64,000 nucleotides of DNA from Minisyncoccota bacterium. GTDB taxonomy: Bacteria > Patescibacteriota > Minisyncoccia > Phycocordibacterales > Phycocordibacteraceae. Of this stretch, positions 47,606 through 57,129 are shown piece after piece (position 1 is the first letter of the stretch; every line of letters begins with the position of its first letter). The translations under genes and the position numbers were made by a program. The DNA lies in the NCBI GenBank assembly GCA_041666305.1, contig JBAYHD010000002.1, positions 684 through 64,683 on the forward strand, given 5' to 3'. The notes beneath the pieces were generated by a model. That model was not told the origin of the DNA, did not search any database, and saw only the letters and a list, made by a program, of their open reading frames with translations.

Positions 47606-49360
47606 ATGGAATTGTCAATGCTACTTGGTACGGGCGGGGTCATACTCGCCCTCATCGCTGCCTTCTTCGTGTTGGTAGCGATTGTTTCGAGGTACTACAA
47701 GAAGGTACCGCCAAACTCCGTTGCCGTCATCACCGGCCGTACCCACAAGGTGAAGGTGCGCGATGCCAGTGGTGCCGAACAGACGATCGAGCGCGGCTTC
47801 CGCTACGTCTCGGGCGGGGGATTCCTCCTCGTCCCGATCGTCGAGGAAATGGAGGAAATGTCGCTCACGGTCATCCCTACCGAAGTTTCGGTGAATGATG
47901 TACCGGATAAGAACGGCGCATTGGTTAGCGTGGATGGCATTGCCAATATCAAGGTGATGTCGACCGATAATCTGTTGCCGCTCGCGATCGAACGTTTCCT
48001 CGGCAAGACCCCCGAGCAAATCAAGGCGACGTGCTATATGACGCTCGAGGGCAACCTCCGCGGTGTTATCGGCACGCTGGCCATTGAAGAGCTTCTGCGG
48101 GATCGCGAAAAGTTCCAATCGTCCGTGATGGGCGAAGCCGGCATCGACCTCAACAAGATGGGTATCGGCGTCGACACATTCAAGATCAAGTCCATCACCG
48201 ATACCAGGAACTACATCAACTCGCTCGGCAAGAAACAAACGGCCGACATCGTTCGCGATGCAACCATCGGCGAGGCCAATGCGAAACGTGATTCCGACAA
48301 GCAGTCGGCAGAAGCGCGACAAATTGGCGAAACAGCTCAGGCGCAAGCCACGAAAAATATCTCGGACGCCAACCGCGACCGCGATATGGCAATCGCCGAC
48401 AACGAAGCGCAGATCAAAGCCAGACAGGCCCAGATCCCCATCGCGGCAGAAATCGCAGCAGCAAATCGTACCAAAGAGCTCAATACAGCCACCGTCGATG
48501 CCGAAAAGGCAAAGGTCACGGCTGGAATTGCGCTCCAGGAAGAAGAACGTAAGCGAAACGAAGCGCAACTGAACGCGACAACGATCGTCACTGCCGAGAA
48601 GAACAGAGAAGCGCTCGTCATCGCAGCCGATGCGAAAGCAAAAGCGGCAGAACGTGACGGTGAAGCGGAACGTATCCTGAAAGAAAAACAAGGTCTGGCT
48701 CAACAGGCCAAGGATACGGGCGATGCGGCCGGTCGCAAGGCCATCGCATCGGCGGTTCAAGCCGAAATGGAAGCCAATGCTGCCGGTGAGAAAGCAACCC
48801 TGCTGGCGAAAGCCGCCGGTAAGGAAGCTGACTTGCTTGCGGCTGCAGCTGGTACCAAGGCCGAGAAGCTCGCTATCGCCGAAGGTCTGCGTCAGTACTT
48901 GCTGGCCGAAGCCGAAGGCGCGCTCAAGAAAGCTGAAGCGTTCAAGGCGCTCGACGAAGGCGGACGATTCCTGATGATTCTGAATGCCTTGCCGCCGATT
49001 ATCGAAGCGCTTGGTGTTGCCGCTGAAAAAGCGTTGACGCCGGCAGCGGAAGCGATCGGTGACGGTCTCGCGAACGTCAAGGAACTGCGGATCATCGACA
49101 TGGGTGGCTCAAGTGCTGGCACAGCGGGCGGCAAAAACGTCCTCGGCCAGTTCGTGAATCTTCCCGTTGAGACGATCTACGGTCTCGTCAACAAGCTCAA
49201 GGCCTCCGGCATGATGCCGTTGGTCGAAGGGCTTGCGAAGAAGTACGGTTTTGACCTCAATCAGTTGATGGCAAGTTTGCCGGCCAATGTACCGGCCGTG
49301 GCAAGCGCGCCTGATGCCGCAGCACCTGCGGCCAGCGCGTCTGCCGAGACCAAAGACTGA
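47606..49360 (+). CDS. flotillin (SPFH domain) protein
   Basis: YKKVPPN..AVITG, LEGNLRGVIG.L.IEE, EA-rich coiled coil. Confidence 0.92.
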   Translation: MELSMLLGTGGVILALIAAFFVLVAIVSRYYKKVPPNSVAVITGRTHKVKVRDASGAEQTIERGFRYVSGGGFLLVPIVEEMEEMSLTVIPTEVSVNDVPDKNGALVSVDGIANIKVMSTDNLLPLAIERFLGKTPEQIKATCYMTLEGNLRGVIGTLAIEELLRDREKFQSSVMGEAGIDLNKMGIGVDTFKIKSITDTRNYINSLGKKQTADIVRDATIGEANAKRDSDKQSAEARQIGETAQAQATKNISDANRDRDMAIADNEAQIKARQAQIPIAAEIAAANRTKELNTATVDAEKAKVTAGIALQEEERKRNEAQLNATTIVTAEKNREALVIAADAKAKAAERDGEAERILKEKQGLAQQAKDTGDAAGRKAIASAVQAEMEANAAGEKATLLAKAAGKEADLLAAAAGTKAEKLAIAEGLRQYLLAEAEGALKKAEAFKALDEGGRFLMILNALPPIIEALGVAAEKALTPAAEAIGDGLANVKELRIIDMGGSSAGTAGGKNVLGQFVNLPVETIYGLVNKLKASGMMPLVEGLAKKYGFDLNQLMASLPANVPAVASAPDAAAPAASASAETKD

Positions 49361-49632
49361 CGTAACAAGACGTCCTTTCACTGCTCATTCATGAGCCTCG
49401 CCGCGCTAACCCCGCGGCGAGTTTTTTTATTGGCGCCCGTCTGGAGATTGTATTATTTATAAGGACCGTATTCTAATTAATAGCTTGGAAACAGGCTGTT
49501 AAATGGGCTGGGTGTTCCCAAGTTATTGAACCATTACGAGAGCTTGACTTTCTTATATATATGGTGTATGCTGGAGAGAGGTGAAAGTTCGCCTATTTAT
49601 AGGCTTTTCCAACTGAAATCAAGGAGAGATTC

Positions 49633-50070
49633 ATGTTTTCGAAACAAGGAATATTCGCAGCCGTATTCGCCAATTTCAACTCCAGACTCGACCAAAGAGA
49701 AATGAGGATGGTCGAAACGTCGAACGGATTTGACGTGCAAACCGCAGTTGAGTACCGTGCCGACAATGTGTGGAGGCGTGGCGTCATCGCAGCAATCGGC
49801 GAAAACGCAAAACGGAGAATGGATGATTCCATCATCACAGCGTTTTTGGTGGCAGACAAGGACAACGATATCGTCCTGAAAACCATCGACGAGCTCCGCC
49901 ATGTTCCGGAAAGTGGCCTCCCTCCACTCTGGGTGGAAGCCTTGCGCAAGGGCTGGAAAATTCTGCCTTGCTCATGCGAGTGCGGTGGCAAATACGTCTG
50001 GCAAAAACCACGACCGAGTGGCGTTCATGAAAACTTCGGTTGTGTGTGCCATAACGATCCGCAGCCGTAA
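49633..50070 (+). CDS. hypothetical protein with C-terminal Cys cluster
   Basis: TTGACT-17-TATGCT promoter, AAGGAG SD, C.CECGG...GCVCH, own terminator. Confidence 0.7.
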   Translation: MFSKQGIFAAVFANFNSRLDQREMRMVETSNGFDVQTAVEYRADNVWRRGVIAAIGENAKRRMDDSIITAFLVADKDNDIVLKTIDELRHVPESGLPPLWVEALRKGWKILPCSCECGGKYVWQKPRPSGVHENFGCVCHNDPQP

Positions 50071-50163
50071 GCTGATCAAGCCGCCCGCCGGAAGAAATTC
50101 TTTCCGCCGGGCGGTTTTTGTTTGCTCACTTTATTGGATAAATGTGCTATTTTATACATTAAT

Positions 50164-51552
50164 ATGGAGCGCACACTTATCGGGGAGCTGGGGAAACACG
50201 TGGGCGAAACGGTCTCGATTTCGGGCTGGGTGGACGTGCGCCGTGACCAGGGGAAAATGGTCTTTTTTGATTTCCGCGACCGTTCCGGAATCGTGCAGGG
50301 CGTCGTTCTTCCCGGAAGCCCCGCGATGGAAGCCGCAAAAGATATCCGCAACGAATACGTGGTTCGTGTGGAAGGCATCATCAATAAGCGTCCGGAAAAA
50401 AATGCTCAAGCTGATCGTCTAAACGGCGACATTGAACTTGAAGTGAAGGGCATTGAAATTTTGAATCCTTCGGACGCAATGCCTTTTGATATTTCAAATG
50501 ACACCAGTGGCATTGATGAGAGCGTCCGTGCCGAATACCGCTATTTGGATCTGCGTTCTAAACGGATGCAGAAGAATATGAAGATTAGGAGCGAATTCAT
50601 TCGTCGCTGTCGCGAATATCTTTTCGCCCACGATTTTACCGAGATAGAGACGCCGCTTCTCACTGAATCTACTCCTGAGGGCTCGCGTGATTTCGTGGTA
50701 CCTTCGCGGCTTAATCCGGGAAAGTTCTATGCGCTTCCGCAGTCACCCCAACAGTACAAACAGCTTCTCATGACCGCCGGATTTGAGCGCTATTTTCAAA
50801 TAGCACGTGCGGTGCGCGACGAAGACTTGCGTGCCGATCGCGGTTTCGAACACACCCAAGTCGATATCGAGATGTCATTCGTGACGATGGAAGACGTGAT
50901 GGCGGCAGTGGAAGATATGGTGACCACCGTTGTAGAAGCGATGGGCCATACCATCAAACAAAAGCCGTTCCCGCGCATTTCGTACAAAGACGCGATGGAA
51001 AAGTATGGCGCCGACAAATTTGATATGCGCACCGACGACGATAAGCTCAAGGGCGTACTCGCGTACGCATGGGTCGTGAATTTCCCGTTCTTTGAAAAAA
51101 CGGATGAGGGCGGATGGACCTTCACCCACAATCCGTTCTCGATGCCCATCCCCGAACATCTCGACTGGCTTCTAAAAGGCGAACATATTCCCGACATTCT
51201 TACGACGCAATACGACCTCGTCTGCAACGGCTTTGAATCCGGCGGCGGCTCAATCCGCGCGCATAAGCCGGAGATACTTGAGGCGGTCTACAAAGTGATG
51301 GGCTTTAGTAACGAAGATTTGCAGGAGCGCATCGGACACATGCTCCGCGCATTCAAATTGGGCACACCGCCGCACGGTGGCATTGCGCTCGGCGTGGAAC
51401 GCAACATTATGAATCTCACCGGCGAAACGATGCTGCGCGAAGTGCAGGCATTCCCGATGACCCGCGGCGGCCAGACGGCAGTAATGAACGCACCGAAACC
51501 ATTGACCGATAAACAGCTCAAAGAACTCGGACTCAAGATCGACAAAAAATAA
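50164..51552 (+). CDS. aspS: aspartate--tRNA ligase (bacterial type, no GAD insertion)
   Basis: YRYLDLR, TPEGSRDFVVPSR, LPQSPQQYKQLLM, RDEDLRADR, GTPPHGGIALG. Confidence 0.96.
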   Translation: MERTLIGELGKHVGETVSISGWVDVRRDQGKMVFFDFRDRSGIVQGVVLPGSPAMEAAKDIRNEYVVRVEGIINKRPEKNAQADRLNGDIELEVKGIEILNPSDAMPFDISNDTSGIDESVRAEYRYLDLRSKRMQKNMKIRSEFIRRCREYLFAHDFTEIETPLLTESTPEGSRDFVVPSRLNPGKFYALPQSPQQYKQLLMTAGFERYFQIARAVRDEDLRADRGFEHTQVDIEMSFVTMEDVMAAVEDMVTTVVEAMGHTIKQKPFPRISYKDAMEKYGADKFDMRTDDDKLKGVLAYAWVVNFPFFEKTDEGGWTFTHNPFSMPIPEHLDWLLKGEHIPDILTTQYDLVCNGFESGGGSIRAHKPEILEAVYKVMGFSNEDLQERIGHMLRAFKLGTPPHGGIALGVERNIMNLTGETMLREVQAFPMTRGGQTAVMNAPKPLTDKQLKELGLKIDKK

Positions 51553-51555
51553 CCA

Positions 51556-52992
51556 ATGAACATACTCCTTAAAAAAGGAACCGGAGCGAGCGTCCCGAAA
51601 GGGTACGTGCGCATACGGATAACGGAAGAGTCAAAAGGCACGAAGCGTCTCGTGAAAGAGCAGGGGATAGAAACGCTTGAGCTTGGCGCGGGGAAATATG
51701 CAGAAATGAACATGCGCAGGTTCATAGTGCTTTGTCGTTCCCTGGTGCAGTCGGCAAAAAAGAACAAGCTCAAAAAAATCGCAATTCAATTCGATGATAC
51801 GGTGCAACTGTTCAAGAAACTCAAGGGCGTACCGCCAGAAGAACTCATACAACTTGCGGCCGAAAATTTCGAGATGGCGAATTTCGAATTCAATATATTC
51901 AAAACGAAACCAAAAGAAGGCTGGCACGCAGTGGAAGAAATACTTTTATACGGACGTTCATCTGCAGCGCTTGAAAAAGCATTGCGAAAGGGGCAGGAGA
52001 TCGGAAAAGCGGTGAACGCCTGCCGCACGCTCGCAAACACTCCCGGCGGCGACATGACCCCGGCTTTACTCGCAAAATCCGCGAAGAGCGCGATGAAAGG
52101 CCTGCCGGTCAAAGTAACCACCCTCGGCACGAGAGAAATGAAAAAACTCGGTATGGGAGCCCTGCTCGGCGTTGCGAAAGGCTCCACCGAAGCGCCGACG
52201 TTCACCATTTTAGAGTACAAAGGAGGGAAAGGTGCTCCCATTGTGCTTGCGGGAAAGGGCATCACGTTCGATAGTGGAGGGCTCAATTTGAAGCCTTCAA
52301 GCGGAATGTATGAGATGCATATGGATATGTCGGGCGCTGCCGCAGTCATTCATGCGGTAGCACTCGCTGCACGACTGAAACTGAAACGACACGTTATCGG
52401 CCTTATTCCGGCGGCGGAGAATATGCCGGGTAACAATGCCGTCCGCCCGGGCGATGTGTTGAAGTCGCTTTCGGGGAAAACAATTGAAATACTCGACACT
52501 GATGCGGAAGGCAGGCTCATCCTCGCGGACGCGCTCACGTATGCAAAACGATTCAAACCTGCGGTGGTGATCGATGCGGCGACCTTGACCGGAGCAGCGA
52601 TGTCGGCACTCGGACTTCATGCGAGTGCGCTCCTCACGCGCGATGACGCCCTTGCAGAACAGATCTCGCGCGCCGGCGAAGCATCGGGTGATTATGTGTG
52701 GCGATTGCCGCTCTGGGACGAATACGAAGACCGTGTTAAAGGAGAATTCGCCGATATCAAGAATGTCCCCGGCGGTTCCACGAGCCGATACGGCGGTGCG
52801 ATCGACGGCGGGATGTTCCTCTGGCAATTCGCAAAGGAACTTGATTGCCCGTGGGCGCATCTGGATATTGCTCCTCGCATGACTTCCGCGCCGAATGACG
52901 AACTTGCAAAAGGCGCCGCGGGAACGCCGGTGCGACTCCTGATACACTTTATAGAACATGCCCCGTATGATTACTCAACAACAAAGCGATAA
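51556..52992 (+). CDS. pepA: leucyl aminopeptidase (M17)
   Basis: GKGITFDSGG, DMSGAA, DTDAEGRLILADAL, ATLTGA. Confidence 0.93.
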   Translation: MNILLKKGTGASVPKGYVRIRITEESKGTKRLVKEQGIETLELGAGKYAEMNMRRFIVLCRSLVQSAKKNKLKKIAIQFDDTVQLFKKLKGVPPEELIQLAAENFEMANFEFNIFKTKPKEGWHAVEEILLYGRSSAALEKALRKGQEIGKAVNACRTLANTPGGDMTPALLAKSAKSAMKGLPVKVTTLGTREMKKLGMGALLGVAKGSTEAPTFTILEYKGGKGAPIVLAGKGITFDSGGLNLKPSSGMYEMHMDMSGAAAVIHAVALAARLKLKRHVIGLIPAAENMPGNNAVRPGDVLKSLSGKTIEILDTDAEGRLILADALTYAKRFKPAVVIDAATLTGAAMSALGLHASALLTRDDALAEQISRAGEASGDYVWRLPLWDEYEDRVKGEFADIKNVPGGSTSRYGGAIDGGMFLWQFAKELDCPWAHLDIAPRMTSAPNDELAKGAAGTPVRLLIHFIEHAPYDYSTTKR

Positions 52993-53048
52993 TATGAGAT
53001 TGTACAGATTACTAGCAACCGCAGTTGAGGCGAATAATCATACGGGGT

Positions 53049-53771
53049 ATGCCGTTCTCCATTAAGACCGACGCATACGAAGGACCGTTCGAGGTTCTGC
53101 TCGACCTCATTGAAGCGCGCAAACTCCTGGTCAACGACCTCACGCTCGCGAATATCACCGAGGATTACATCCAGCACGTGCGTGCGCAGGAAGCATTTCC
53201 GGTCGAAGAAACCGCGAATTTCATACAGATAGCCGCAACGCTTCTTCTCATCAAATCCAAATCGCTCATCCCCGATCTCGCGCTGACCGAGGACGAGAAT
53301 GCGGACGTGGAAGATTTGAAGCGCCGGCTCGCGGCGTACGAAAAAGTGCGCGAAGCGGCGCGCGAACTCTCGCGCATATACGGACGGACGGTAATGGCGG
53401 AAGAAGGTCAGAGGATGCCTGAAGTCGTCTTTGCGCCGTCTAAAGATCTCTCGGTAAAAGCACTCGCCGATGCGCTCGCGCGCGTGCTTGCCGCGCGCGA
53501 GGAGGTGGAAGAACTTCCAGAAGCGCGCGTGAAGCCGCTCGTGACCATTGAAGAAATGATGGATCGACTCGCGAAGCGCGTACAAAGCGCGATGACGCTT
53601 TCCTTCAAAGATTTTGCCGGCGGCCAAAAAGAAAAGATCGAGGTTATTGTCTCTTTCCTGGCTCTTCTAGAACTGGTGAAGCAAGGCGCAGTTGCTGCCG
53701 AACAACGCGATACCTACGGCGACATTCGCATCAGCCACACCGCCTCCACTGTCGTTCCGCGCTATGGATAA
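53049..53771 (+). CDS. scpA: segregation and condensation protein A
   Basis: YEGPFEVLLDLI, AATLLLIKSKSLIP, IVSFLALLELVK. Confidence 0.92.
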   Translation: MPFSIKTDAYEGPFEVLLDLIEARKLLVNDLTLANITEDYIQHVRAQEAFPVEETANFIQIAATLLLIKSKSLIPDLALTEDENADVEDLKRRLAAYEKVREAARELSRIYGRTVMAEEGQRMPEVVFAPSKDLSVKALADALARVLAAREEVEELPEARVKPLVTIEEMMDRLAKRVQSAMTLSFKDFAGGQKEKIEVIVSFLALLELVKQGAVAAEQRDTYGDIRISHTASTVVPRYG

Positions 53772-53772
53772 T

Positions 53773-54174
53773 ATGGATTATGCGACTGAAAAAAGGCCGA
53801 AGCGCGATTGGTGGCAGAAGGGAAGGGCGTTCGATCTTTGGTCCATCCCTCATTTTCTTTTCGGGATTCTAACGGCGCTCCTGCCGTCGCTCGTCGGCAT
53901 ATCACTCTTGACCGCACTCACGATTACGCTCGTGTGTGCGATGGCGTGGGAGATATATGAGAAATTCGTGTATATCAGGGAAACGGTCCAAAACAGCCTT
54001 CTTGATATTCTGTTACCCGTCGTCGCATTTACGATAACCTCAGAACTGATTCTTTTCTATCCTCCTCATCCCGATGACCTTCTGGTCTTGGCGACCGCCG
54101 TTTTCGTCCTGTATTTATTTACCAACATTTCCGGCTGGCGTGCATATCGTCGCCGCAACCGTGCTTTCAGGTAA
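53773..54174 (+). CDS. hypothetical membrane protein
   Basis: DLWSIPHFLFG...WEIYE...ET..NS..D. Confidence 0.7.
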   Translation: MDYATEKRPKRDWWQKGRAFDLWSIPHFLFGILTALLPSLVGISLLTALTITLVCAMAWEIYEKFVYIRETVQNSLLDILLPVVAFTITSELILFYPPHPDDLLVLATAVFVLYLFTNISGWRAYRRRNRAFR

Positions 54175-54206
54175 CACTCTAATTACATCCCCAGAAGAAG
54201 CCGTTG

Positions 54207-54342
54207 CCCGGTAGGACAACTTGGCATCAGGTTTTTGCTTCGTACAACATTCAATCACGTTTCCATTGGTAAGAAGCCATAAACAAGATCCCTTGCCAAA
54301 ACAAACTATCCCCAGAAGCAATGCCAAGTAGTCCTCACCGGG
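54207..54342 (+). repeat. 136-bp structured intergenic element, copy 3
   Basis: CCCGGTAGGACAACTTGGCAT ... ATGCCAAGTAGTCCTCACCGGG. Confidence 0.85.
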
Positions 54343-54380
54343 CGTTGCCGTAGAGGTGCGGCACGACTATACTGAGACCA

Positions 54381-54953
54381 ATGCTCACGCCTCCCGCCGC
54401 AGCCCACGCCCTCCTCTTTGCTTCCGGAGAACCGCTTGAAAAAAAGCAGTTGGCGAAGCTATTAGAAATTAAAGAATCGGAAATCGCTTTGGTCCTAAAA
54501 GCGCTCACGGACTCGCTCCAAAATAGCGGCGTCGTAGTCGTGGAGACTGATACTGAAGTAGAGCTTCGCACGGCTCCCGAGGCGTCTATCATCGTGAAGA
54601 AACTCCGCGAGAGCGAGCTCGCACGCGACCTCGGGAAAGCAAGTTTGGAAACGCTTGCGGTCATCGCGTACGGTACCGGCCCCAACGGGGCCCCCTTCGG
54701 GGGCACGACGCGCGGAGAGATAGATTGGGTGCGCGGCGTCAATTCTTCAACGTCGTTGCGGACTCTTCTCATGCGCGGACTTATTGAGGGGAAGGAGGAT
54801 GAACGCGACAAACGCCGTATCCGCTACAGCCTCACTACCGAAGCGTTCGCGCATCTGGGCATAAAAAATGCATCGGAGCTCCCGCGAGCAAGGGAGCTCA
54901 GTGCCGCGGCGGGAAATATCATCAAAGAAGAATCCGCGGCAGAAGCTGCATAA
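54381..54953 (+). CDS. scpB: segregation and condensation protein B
   Basis: ALLFASGEPL, L.KASLETLAVIAY, TR.EI..VRGVNS...LRTLLMRGLI. Confidence 0.92.
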   Translation: MLTPPAAAHALLFASGEPLEKKQLAKLLEIKESEIALVLKALTDSLQNSGVVVVETDTEVELRTAPEASIIVKKLRESELARDLGKASLETLAVIAYGTGPNGAPFGGTTRGEIDWVRGVNSSTSLRTLLMRGLIEGKEDERDKRRIRYSLTTEAFAHLGIKNASELPRARELSAAAGNIIKEESAAEAA

Positions 54954-54956
54954 TTC

Positions 54957-55901
54957 ATGGACTCATCCGACCTTCAAAAACTTGCCGAACACACGCGCTC
55001 TATGCGCGAGGCCGGCGTTGCTCTCCTTTTGGCCTCAGGATTCCTTGCCCTTTTTCTCTTCACGCCGCTCGGTCCGAAAGAGGCCGGACCTGCGCCAGTC
55101 GCAGCGGCACCAGTCATTCCGGATGCGTTCGCGAAGGTATCGGTAGATGCGAAAGCGGCGGTTGTGTACGACGTAACGACCAAGCAAATCCTGTATGCGA
55201 AAAATGCCGACGCGCAGCTTCCGCTCGCGTCTCTCACAAAGCTTCTGACCGTGTACGCGGCGCTTTCCGAACTTTCGCCAACGACGCCGATCACCATTCC
55301 CGCTGATGCTACCCGTCTCGACGGCCCGCACGTCTTCAATGCCGGACAAACATTTGCACTGAACGACCTCGCACGGCTCACACTGACCGCATCGCTGAAT
55401 GATGGTGCCACCGCAATCGCCGAAGCCGTGGCGAGCCGCCAAAATCTCTCGCAAGGCGACATGCTCGCCGGAGCCGCCGCTTCGCTTGGCCTTTCCCAAA
55501 CGTATGCGGTGAACGGCAGCGGCTTGGACGTGAACACCGTGATCTCCGGCGGATATGGTTCGGCGCGCGATCTCGCCGTACTCGCCGGTGCGCTTGTTGC
55601 ACAAGCTCCCGACATTGCGCTTTCAACAACGGAAAGTTCCGCACAAGCGGTTTCGGAAGGCGGGACGGTATTCAAGGTTTTGAATACGGATCCGATGGTC
55701 GGCGTCATCTCGCGATTGTTGCTTTCAAAAACCGGCTATACCGATCTCGCCGGCGGTAATCTCGCACTTGTCTTTGATGCGGGCATGGGGCATCCCGTTG
55801 CGGTCGTCGTGCTCGGTTCGTCCCAAAAGGCCCGCTTTACCGACGGCATGGCGCTCGTAGCGGCGACACTCGCGCACTTCGCCGGCGTGGCGTCCCTTTG
55901 A
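54957..55901 (+). CDS. D-alanyl-D-alanine carboxypeptidase (peptidase S11)
   Basis: ASLTK (SxxK), SLN (SxN), KTG motifs. Confidence 0.88.
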   Translation: MDSSDLQKLAEHTRSMREAGVALLLASGFLALFLFTPLGPKEAGPAPVAAAPVIPDAFAKVSVDAKAAVVYDVTTKQILYAKNADAQLPLASLTKLLTVYAALSELSPTTPITIPADATRLDGPHVFNAGQTFALNDLARLTLTASLNDGATAIAEAVASRQNLSQGDMLAGAAASLGLSQTYAVNGSGLDVNTVISGGYGSARDLAVLAGALVAQAPDIALSTTESSAQAVSEGGTVFKVLNTDPMVGVISRLLLSKTGYTDLAGGNLALVFDAGMGHPVAVVVLGSSQKARFTDGMALVAATLAHFAGVASL

Positions 55902-55907
55902 GCAATC

Positions 55908-56987
55908 ATGATCACTTCGAACATCATCAAGGTATTCATTCCCGCGACGGCATCGTTCGCCGTGGGAATTCTGTTAGCGCCGCTCCTCACGCATTATTTG
56001 TACAAATATCGAGTGTGGAAAAAAGTGGCGAGCAAGACGGCGCTCGACGGTACGCCGGCGGTCGAATTTGAGAAGCTTCGCACAAGCGTGCACACCGGTA
56101 CCGAGACCTCCACACCGAGGATGGGCGGTATTCTCATATGGACGAGCGTCACAATCGTCACGCTCGGTGTCTGGCTTCTTGCCCGTCTCATTCCCATCCC
56201 GCTCACTGAAAAACTCGATTTCCTCAGCCGCAGCCAAACGTGGATACCGCTTTTTTCTCTGCTTGCGGGAGCACTCATGGGCCTCGTGAACGATATTCTG
56301 GACATTCACCCCTCGGGTGAACGCGGCGTGCGACTACGCACCCGATTACTTTTTGTCACCGTTGTTTCAGCGTTCATCGGTTGGTGGTTCTATGCAAAAC
56401 TCGGCGTTGATGCCATCGGCATCCCCGGCGACGGCACATTCACGCTCGGTGCGCTTATCATCCCTCTTTTTGTCATCATCACGCTCGGATTGTATGCCGG
56501 CGGCGTCATCGACGGTATTGATGGACTCGCCGGCGGGGTTTTCAGTACTGCCTTCATGGCATACGCCGGCATTGCGTATTTTCAGAATCAAATTAACTTG
56601 GCGGCCTTTTCCGCCACGCTCACGGGCGCAATTCTCGCCTTCCTTTGGTTCAACATCCCTCCCGCGCGATTCTGGATGACCGAGACCGGAACTATGGGTC
56701 TCACTATGACGCTCGCGGTCATCGCGTTTTTGACCGACACGCCGGGGAACGGCTATGGCCTCAGCGCACTGCCCATCATTGCGTTCCCGCTCGTCATCAC
56801 CGTCCTTTCAAATATCATTCAAGTGACTTCCAAAAAACTGCGCGGCGGAAAAAAAGTATTTCGCATAGCGCCCCTGCACCACCACTTTGAGGCTATCGGC
56901 TGGCCGTCCTATAAAGTGACGATGCGCTATTGGATCATTTCCATCGTGTGCGCTATCGTCGGCATGACCGTCGCGCTTCTCAAGTAA
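55908..56987 (+). CDS. mraY: phospho-N-acetylmuramoyl-pentapeptide transferase
   Basis: TPRMGG, DGIDGL, FLWFNIPPA.F.M.ETG, APLHHHFE. Confidence 0.94.
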   Translation: MITSNIIKVFIPATASFAVGILLAPLLTHYLYKYRVWKKVASKTALDGTPAVEFEKLRTSVHTGTETSTPRMGGILIWTSVTIVTLGVWLLARLIPIPLTEKLDFLSRSQTWIPLFSLLAGALMGLVNDILDIHPSGERGVRLRTRLLFVTVVSAFIGWWFYAKLGVDAIGIPGDGTFTLGALIIPLFVIITLGLYAGGVIDGIDGLAGGVFSTAFMAYAGIAYFQNQINLAAFSATLTGAILAFLWFNIPPARFWMTETGTMGLTMTLAVIAFLTDTPGNGYGLSALPIIAFPLVITVLSNIIQVTSKKLRGGKKVFRIAPLHHHFEAIGWPSYKVTMRYWIISIVCAIVGMTVALLK

Positions 56988-56992
56988 CCATG

Positions 56993-57128
56993 CCCGGTAG
57001 GACAACATGGCATCGTGTCGTCTTTGCTCCAGTCGTGAGCAGGGCAACAAGCGTTCGTTGCCATTCGTACGTTTTAAACATTATGGAGATGCTGACACAT
57101 GGAGTAATGCCATGTTGTCCTCACCGGG
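56993..57128 (+). repeat. 136-bp structured intergenic element, copy 4
   Basis: CCCGGTAGGACAACATGGCAT ... ATGCCATGTTGTCCTCACCGGG. Confidence 0.85.
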
Positions 57129-57129
57129 T

